Notes under the pieces: model-generated
Databases searched by the model: none
The model's input: the letters and a program-made list of their open reading frames with translations, nothing else
Told to the model about the DNA's origin: nothing
Program-made: the position numbers and the translations under genes
Part shown: positions 59,552-64,000 of the stretch, piece after piece
Numbering within the stretch: the first letter of the stretch is position 1
Layout of the letters: every line of letters starts with the position of its first letter
Assembly (NCBI GenBank): GCA_963798085.1
Contig: CAWCRS010000002.1
Coordinates: 64,001 to 128,000 of the forward strand
Source: an uncultured Gemmatimonadales bacterium
GTDB taxonomy: Bacteria > Gemmatimonadota > Gemmatimonadetes > Longimicrobiales > RSA9
DNA: 64,000 bases
Direction of reading: 5' to 3'

Positions 59552-60811
59552 CAGCTCCTCGCTCCGTTGCGTGTGACTTCGTGCTCGCGGCAGCAGGCTT
59601 CGATCTCTTCCCGGGACAGGGTGTGGTTGCTGCGCTTGGCCAGCTCGAACACGTGCTGGCACAGCGCCTCGTCCGAGGCATCCCAGCCGTGCACGGAAAG
59701 CCAGTACTTCACGTTGGACATGCCGCTCACGTGGCTGACCTCGATCTCCTGGCTGCGGCCGAACAGCGCCGGCGGAACACCCGAGTAGACATTGTCAGCC
59801 AGCCAGGCATCGCCTTTCGCCCTCGCCTTGATGATGGCCGCGGCGTGCACGCCCGTCGCCGTGCGGAAGGCATCGCCGCCCTGCACGGGATAGTGCGGCG
59901 CGATGGTGACGCCGGTCGCCTGTGACACTTTCCTGCAGTACTCGGGCAGGCGGGAAAGGTCGGCATCGTGCATGCCCATGAGCTTCATGTTCACGAGGAT
60001 CAGGTCCATCTCGGTGTTGCCCACGCGCTCGCCGATGCCCAGTGCCGTGCCGTGCACGCGGCTGACGCCCGCAGCCATGGCCGCGAACGTGTTGGCCAGA
60101 CCGAACCCGCGATCGCGATGGCCGTGCCAGTCGACACCCACCGCTTCGCCGCTGGGTTGCACGATCTCATCCATGACGAAGCGTACGAGCCGCGTGGTTC
60201 CCTCGGGTGTGGCGTGGCCGACCGTGTCCGCGAGGCAGATGCGCCGCGCGCCGCAGGCGATGGCGGTGCCGTAGAGCTGCTTGAGCACTTCCGGTCGCGC
60301 CCGCGTCGTGTCTTCCGTCACATACATCACCGTGAGCCCCTCGCCGGTCGCGAAGCGCACCGCGTCTTCCGTAGCGCGCAGCATCCGGTCCAGCGTCCAG
60401 TCCTCGGCGTACTGCCGGATGGGTGAGGAGCCGATGAACGTGCACGCCTCGATCGCGACACCAGTCTCCTGCGAGATGCAGCGCAATCGGCTCGATGTCG
60501 GCGCGTACCGTGCGTGCCGCGCAATTCGCCGCAATACGCAGCCCGCCGCGAGCGATCTCCTGCGCCAGCGCGCGCACGTCGCTGACCGCACGCGGTCCGG
60601 CGCCGGGCAGGCCTATGTCCGCGGTGTGGATGCCGAGCGCATCCATGAGGTGCAGGATTTCGATCTTGTCGGCGATGGGCGGATCCAGCACGGAGGGCGC
60701 CTGCAGTCCATCACGCAGCGTCTCATCGTCCAGCTCCACGACGGGCAGACCGCGGAAATCGAAAGCACCGGGCGCCTGATTCCAGTCGTAGATCAGATCC
60801 TGCTCGCGCAT
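59551..60811 (-). CDS. 2-isopropylmalate synthase-like (LeuA/HMGL family, no regulatory domain), frameshift near 60480
   Basis: DETLRDGLQ, EDTTRA, LADTVG, WHGHRDRG, GIGERVGN, TGVHAAA, SGMSN. Confidence 0.85.
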
Positions 60812-60930
60812 GCTCCCCGCGTGGGCGTGGTGGGAATAGCGGTGGGCCCGCGTGCTTGCGGGACCGGCGGAAGATGGCCGGAGCGCGAAGTAATTGTCAA
60901 CGCGTCGGCGCGCGCACACATTCTCCGGTC

Positions 60931-62163
60931 ATGGTGCTCACGGGAGCGGACCTGGTGCGGCGGCTGGCGGACCGGCCGGCGCTGGCGAAGGCGAGGGCGC
61001 GCATCGTCCAGACGGATGCGCGCACCATCGAGGAGCAGCGCACACTGGCGCTGATTCCATCACCGCCATTTGGCGAAACGCAGCGTGCGGCATGGGTTCG
61101 TGGTCGCATGAGCGAGCTGGGTCTCGCGGACGTGAGCCTGGATGACGCGGGCAATGTGCTGGCCACGCTGCCGGGCGATGACGAGGAAGCGTCACCGATT
61201 GTCGTGGCCGCGCACCTCGACACCGTGTTTCCCGCGGAGACTCGTCTGGAGCTGCGCGAGCGCAACGGCCGCATCGGACTGCCCGGCATTGCCGACAACG
61301 CCCGCGGCCTGGCGGCCATGCTCGCCATGGCCCGTGCGATGCGCGAGTGCAATGTGCGTACGCACCGGCCCATCGTATTTGCCGCGACCGTGGGTGAAGA
61401 AGGTCTGGGTGATCTGCGCGGCGTCAAGCATCTCTTCCGCGAGCGCTCGCCGCTGCGTAAGGCGAGCGCGTTCGTCGCCGTGGATGGCACGGAGACGAGG
61501 CGCATCGTGACGCGTGCGGTGGGCTCGCGCCGCTACCGCATCACGGTGCGCGGGCCGGGTGGTCATTCGTGGGCGGATCGCGGCACCGCCAATGCCGCGC
61601 ACGCGCTGGGCGGCGCCATTGCCGCACTGGGGCGGGTTCGCCTTCCCGTCGAGCCGCCGTGGTCTCTCAGCGTGGGCCGCATGGGCGGGGGCACCAGCAT
61701 CAATGCAATTCCGGAAACCGCGTGGCTGGAGCTGGACCTGCGCAGTGAGAATGCGCGCGTGCTTGCGCAGCTCGATGAGCGGGCGCTCGCTGCGGTACAC
61801 GCAGCGGTAAGTGACGGCAATGCGCATCGCCGGCGAGGCACGGAGCCGCTGGTGGCGGAGATCGTGTCCATCGGCAACCGGCCGGCCGGCGAGACACCGG
61901 CGGAATCCGTGCTGGTGCAGGCGGCGCGCGCAGCCACGCGCTACATCGGCCGGCGTCCCGAGCTGGTGGCTTCGTCGACCGATGCCAATGTGCCCATGGC
62001 GCTGGGCATGCCCGCGATCGCCATTGGCGCGGGTGGCGAGTCGGGTGGGATGCACACGCTGAACGAGTGGTACGACAACCGCCGCGGTCCGGAAGGCGTC
62101 GTGCGCGCCTTCCTGATCATCGTCGCGGCGGCCGCGGCGCCTGGCGCGACATCGGAGGACTGA
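60931..62163 (+). CDS. M20/M25/M40 family metallopeptidase
   Basis: AAHLDTV, GIADN, GEEGLG, GGHSW, GGTSINAIP, STDAN, HTLNE. Confidence 0.9.
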   Translation: MVLTGADLVRRLADRPALAKARARIVQTDARTIEEQRTLALIPSPPFGETQRAAWVRGRMSELGLADVSLDDAGNVLATLPGDDEEASPIVVAAHLDTVFPAETRLELRERNGRIGLPGIADNARGLAAMLAMARAMRECNVRTHRPIVFAATVGEEGLGDLRGVKHLFRERSPLRKASAFVAVDGTETRRIVTRAVGSRRYRITVRGPGGHSWADRGTANAAHALGGAIAALGRVRLPVEPPWSLSVGRMGGGTSINAIPETAWLELDLRSENARVLAQLDERALAAVHAAVSDGNAHRRRGTEPLVAEIVSIGNRPAGETPAESVLVQAARAATRYIGRRPELVASSTDANVPMALGMPAIAIGAGGESGGMHTLNEWYDNRRGPEGVVRAFLIIVAAAAAPGATSED

Positions 62164-62246
62164 CGGTCCGGTCGCAACACGAAGTCTGGCCGAGGCCGAA
62201 TCGTCGCCTGCTCGAGTCCGTTCCCGCGCGGCGCCCGGGCCTGTGG

Positions 62247-63242
62247 TCAGGGGGCGGAACGAATCTCCGCATGATCGCCGATGCTGACGCGGCCGTGCAC
62301 GCCTTCTATCAGCGCGTTATCACCGATCAGGGAACCGTGCAGGTCGGCGTTGCGAATGGTGACGCGCGCGCCCACAATGGCGTCGCGGACGCGGCTGTTG
62401 CGCACTTCGGAGCCCGGCTCAATGCTGACATTGGGTCCGATGGTGACATTCTCCAGGGTGACACCCTCGGGAATGCGTACGGGACCGATGACAGTGACGC
62501 GGTCGCCGCGCGGCGGTGCGAGTGCTCGTCCGTGCTCCAGCAGGTGGCGGTTGGTGTCGAGCAGCGTTTCCAGCTGGCCGCAATCGTACCAGCCAACGAC
62601 TTCCTCGACGCGAATGCGCGCGCCGTGGTCGATCATGTACTGGAAGGCATCGGTGAGATAGAACTCGCCGCTCGGGCCGGGCGGGCGGTTCATGGTGTCG
62701 TGGATGCCCTCGAAGAGCAGCTTCCAGTCGCGGATGTAGTAGAGGCCGATATTGGCCAGCTTCGACACCGGCTCCTTCGGCTTCTCGATGATGCGCTTCA
62801 TGTTGCGCTGTTCGTCCATGACAATGACGCCGAAGCGCTGGTAGTCCTCCACCTCCCTGGCCCAGATCACGCCGGCCAGGCCGGGCGGCAGGCGGCGAGT
62901 GAGGCCGAGATCGGCATCGAACAGCGTGTCGACGAAGATGATGAGCACGTCCTCGTCGATCCACGGCTCCGCCAGGCGCACGGCCCCGGCGGTGCCATCC
63001 TGCACCGGCTGCTCCACGAAATGCGACGTGAAGGAGGGATAGTTGGCCCGCACGTACGCCTCTACCTGCTCCTTGAGGTGCCCGGTGATGAACACGGCCT
63101 CGCGCACGCCGAGGGCCTGCAGGTCGTCCAGGATGTAGCTCATGACGGGCTTGCCGCCGACGCGCAGCAGGGGTTTGGGCGTGGTGTAGGTGTGGGGCCG
63201 CAGTCTCGTGCCCTTGCCGGCCAGCGGAATGACGACTTTCAA
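62247..63242 (-). CDS. Sugar-phosphate nucleotidyltransferase (glucose-1-phosphate thymidylyltransferase-like)
   Basis: LAGKGTRLRPHT..PKPL, EKP, GEFYLTDA, WYDCG, C-terminal hexapeptide repeats. Confidence 0.9.
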   Translation of the reverse strand: MKVVIPLAGKGTRLRPHTYTTPKPLLRVGGKPVMSYILDDLQALGVREAVFITGHLKEQVEAYVRANYPSFTSHFVEQPVQDGTAGAVRLAEPWIDEDVLIIFVDTLFDADLGLTRRLPPGLAGVIWAREVEDYQRFGVIVMDEQRNMKRIIEKPKEPVSKLANIGLYYIRDWKLLFEGIHDTMNRPPGPSGEFYLTDAFQYMIDHGARIRVEEVVGWYDCGQLETLLDTNRHLLEHGRALAPPRGDRVTVIGPVRIPEGVTLENVTIGPNVSIEPGSEVRNSRVRDAIVGARVTIRNADLHGSLIGDNALIEGVHGRVSIGDHAEIRSAP

Positions 63243-63515
63243 GACGGCACCTCTCGGCTCGGGTTGCGTGTATTGTCGGGTGGAGCGCCGGCCAGGGCTG
63301 ATTTCGGATCTTCGCCTCTGGTTTCGGTACGCGCCGCCGAAAATACTGTCCGCAGCCGTCCGGTCCAGTCGCGGGCCGGCTGGAGGCGGGAGCCGGCCGG
63401 CGCGATGCCTGCATGGGCGCTCGAGGCAGGGGTCCGCCCCTCGGGCCTGACCGCCTCATCGCGGAAAAAGGTTGAGATGGAGCGGAAAAACGGCGAAGCT
63501 GTGAGGCAGGAGGCC

Positions 63516-64000
63516 ATGATGTACGTGCGCAGAATGATCGCAGTACTGCTGCTGGCGCCGGGAGCGCTCGCGGCGCAGATGCGGCCGGAGCCACCCACGA
63601 TCACGGTCAATGCGACCGCGTCGGTAGAGCGCGAGCCGGAACGCGCCACATTGATACTGGCGGTGGAGTCGGAGGCCACGTCGGCACAGGCGGCGGCGCA
63701 GGCCAACGCGGATGCCATGACGCGCGTGCTGGCGGCATTGCGACAGAAGGGCTTCTCGGGCGCGAACGTGCGCACGCTCTCGCTGCAGCTGGATCCGGTC
63801 TACACGCAGGGCGGACCCAACTCGCAGGAGCCGCCGCGCATCAGCGGCTACCGCGCGAGCAACATGGTGCGCATCGTAATCGATTCAATCGCGCGCGTCG
63901 GCGGCGTGGTGGACGCGGCCATTGGCGCCGGTGCGAACCGGGTTGCGGGCCTCAACTTCGAGTTGAAAGATCCAGACGCAGCAAGGCAGGAAGCTCTGAG
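63516..64000 (+). CDS. SIMPL (DUF541) domain protein, runs off the window end
   Basis: AGGAGG RBS; signal peptide; TITVNATASVEREPE, ANADAM..V, L.P.Y, GYRASN, VDAAIGAGANRV.GLNF. Confidence 0.85.
   Translation, partial: MMYVRRMIAVLLLAPGALAAQMRPEPPTITVNATASVEREPERATLILAVESEATSAQAAAQANADAMTRVLAALRQKGFSGANVRTLSLQLDPVYTQGGPNSQEPPRISGYRASNMVRIVIDSIARVGGVVDAAIGAGANRVAGLNFELKDPDAARQEAL

Noticed and set aside
1..64000. CRISPR array, rRNA or IS elements
   Set aside because: No regularly spaced repeats, rRNA signatures, transposase or cas motifs were found, so the CHAT protease has no CRISPR link in this window.

Overview
GC-rich bacterial chromosomal window with about 60 genes. Gene content and protein style suggest Gemmatimonadota (inference). 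More than 15 otherwise well-conserved genes carry indels or internal stops, most likely long-read assembly errors. Housekeeping blocks: three ECF sigma/anti-sigma loci, holA, an apgM-TPR-YdcF-4xM16 peptidase-NUDIX operon, BlaI with M56-TonB, a c-di-GMP module (degenerate GGDEF, HEAT-like, HD-GYP), ppk2, rnpB with tRNA-Arg(CCG), acyl-CoA and isocitrate dehydrogenases, phoBR-porin-pstB-phoU, ppx with two thymidylate-kinase-like genes, mgtE, EVE, LeuA-like, M20, nucleotidyltransferase and SIMPL. Four items stand out. (1) A gene just downstream of tRNA-Arg encodes a cholera/pertussis-toxin-like ADP-ribosyltransferase fold (R-S-E motifs) fused to a C2HC zinc finger. (2) A TIR-TM-PASTA receptor-like gene. 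(3) A membrane-anchored CHAT (caspase-like) protease, anti-sigma and ECF sigma cassette, plus two paralogous Ig-like lipoprotein genes sharing an ECF-type promoter motif. (4) A translationally coupled ppx-tmkA-tmkB-orf operon next to the Pho genes, a candidate undescribed polyphosphate/nucleotide kinase system. All calls are motif-based by eye; no database searches were run.
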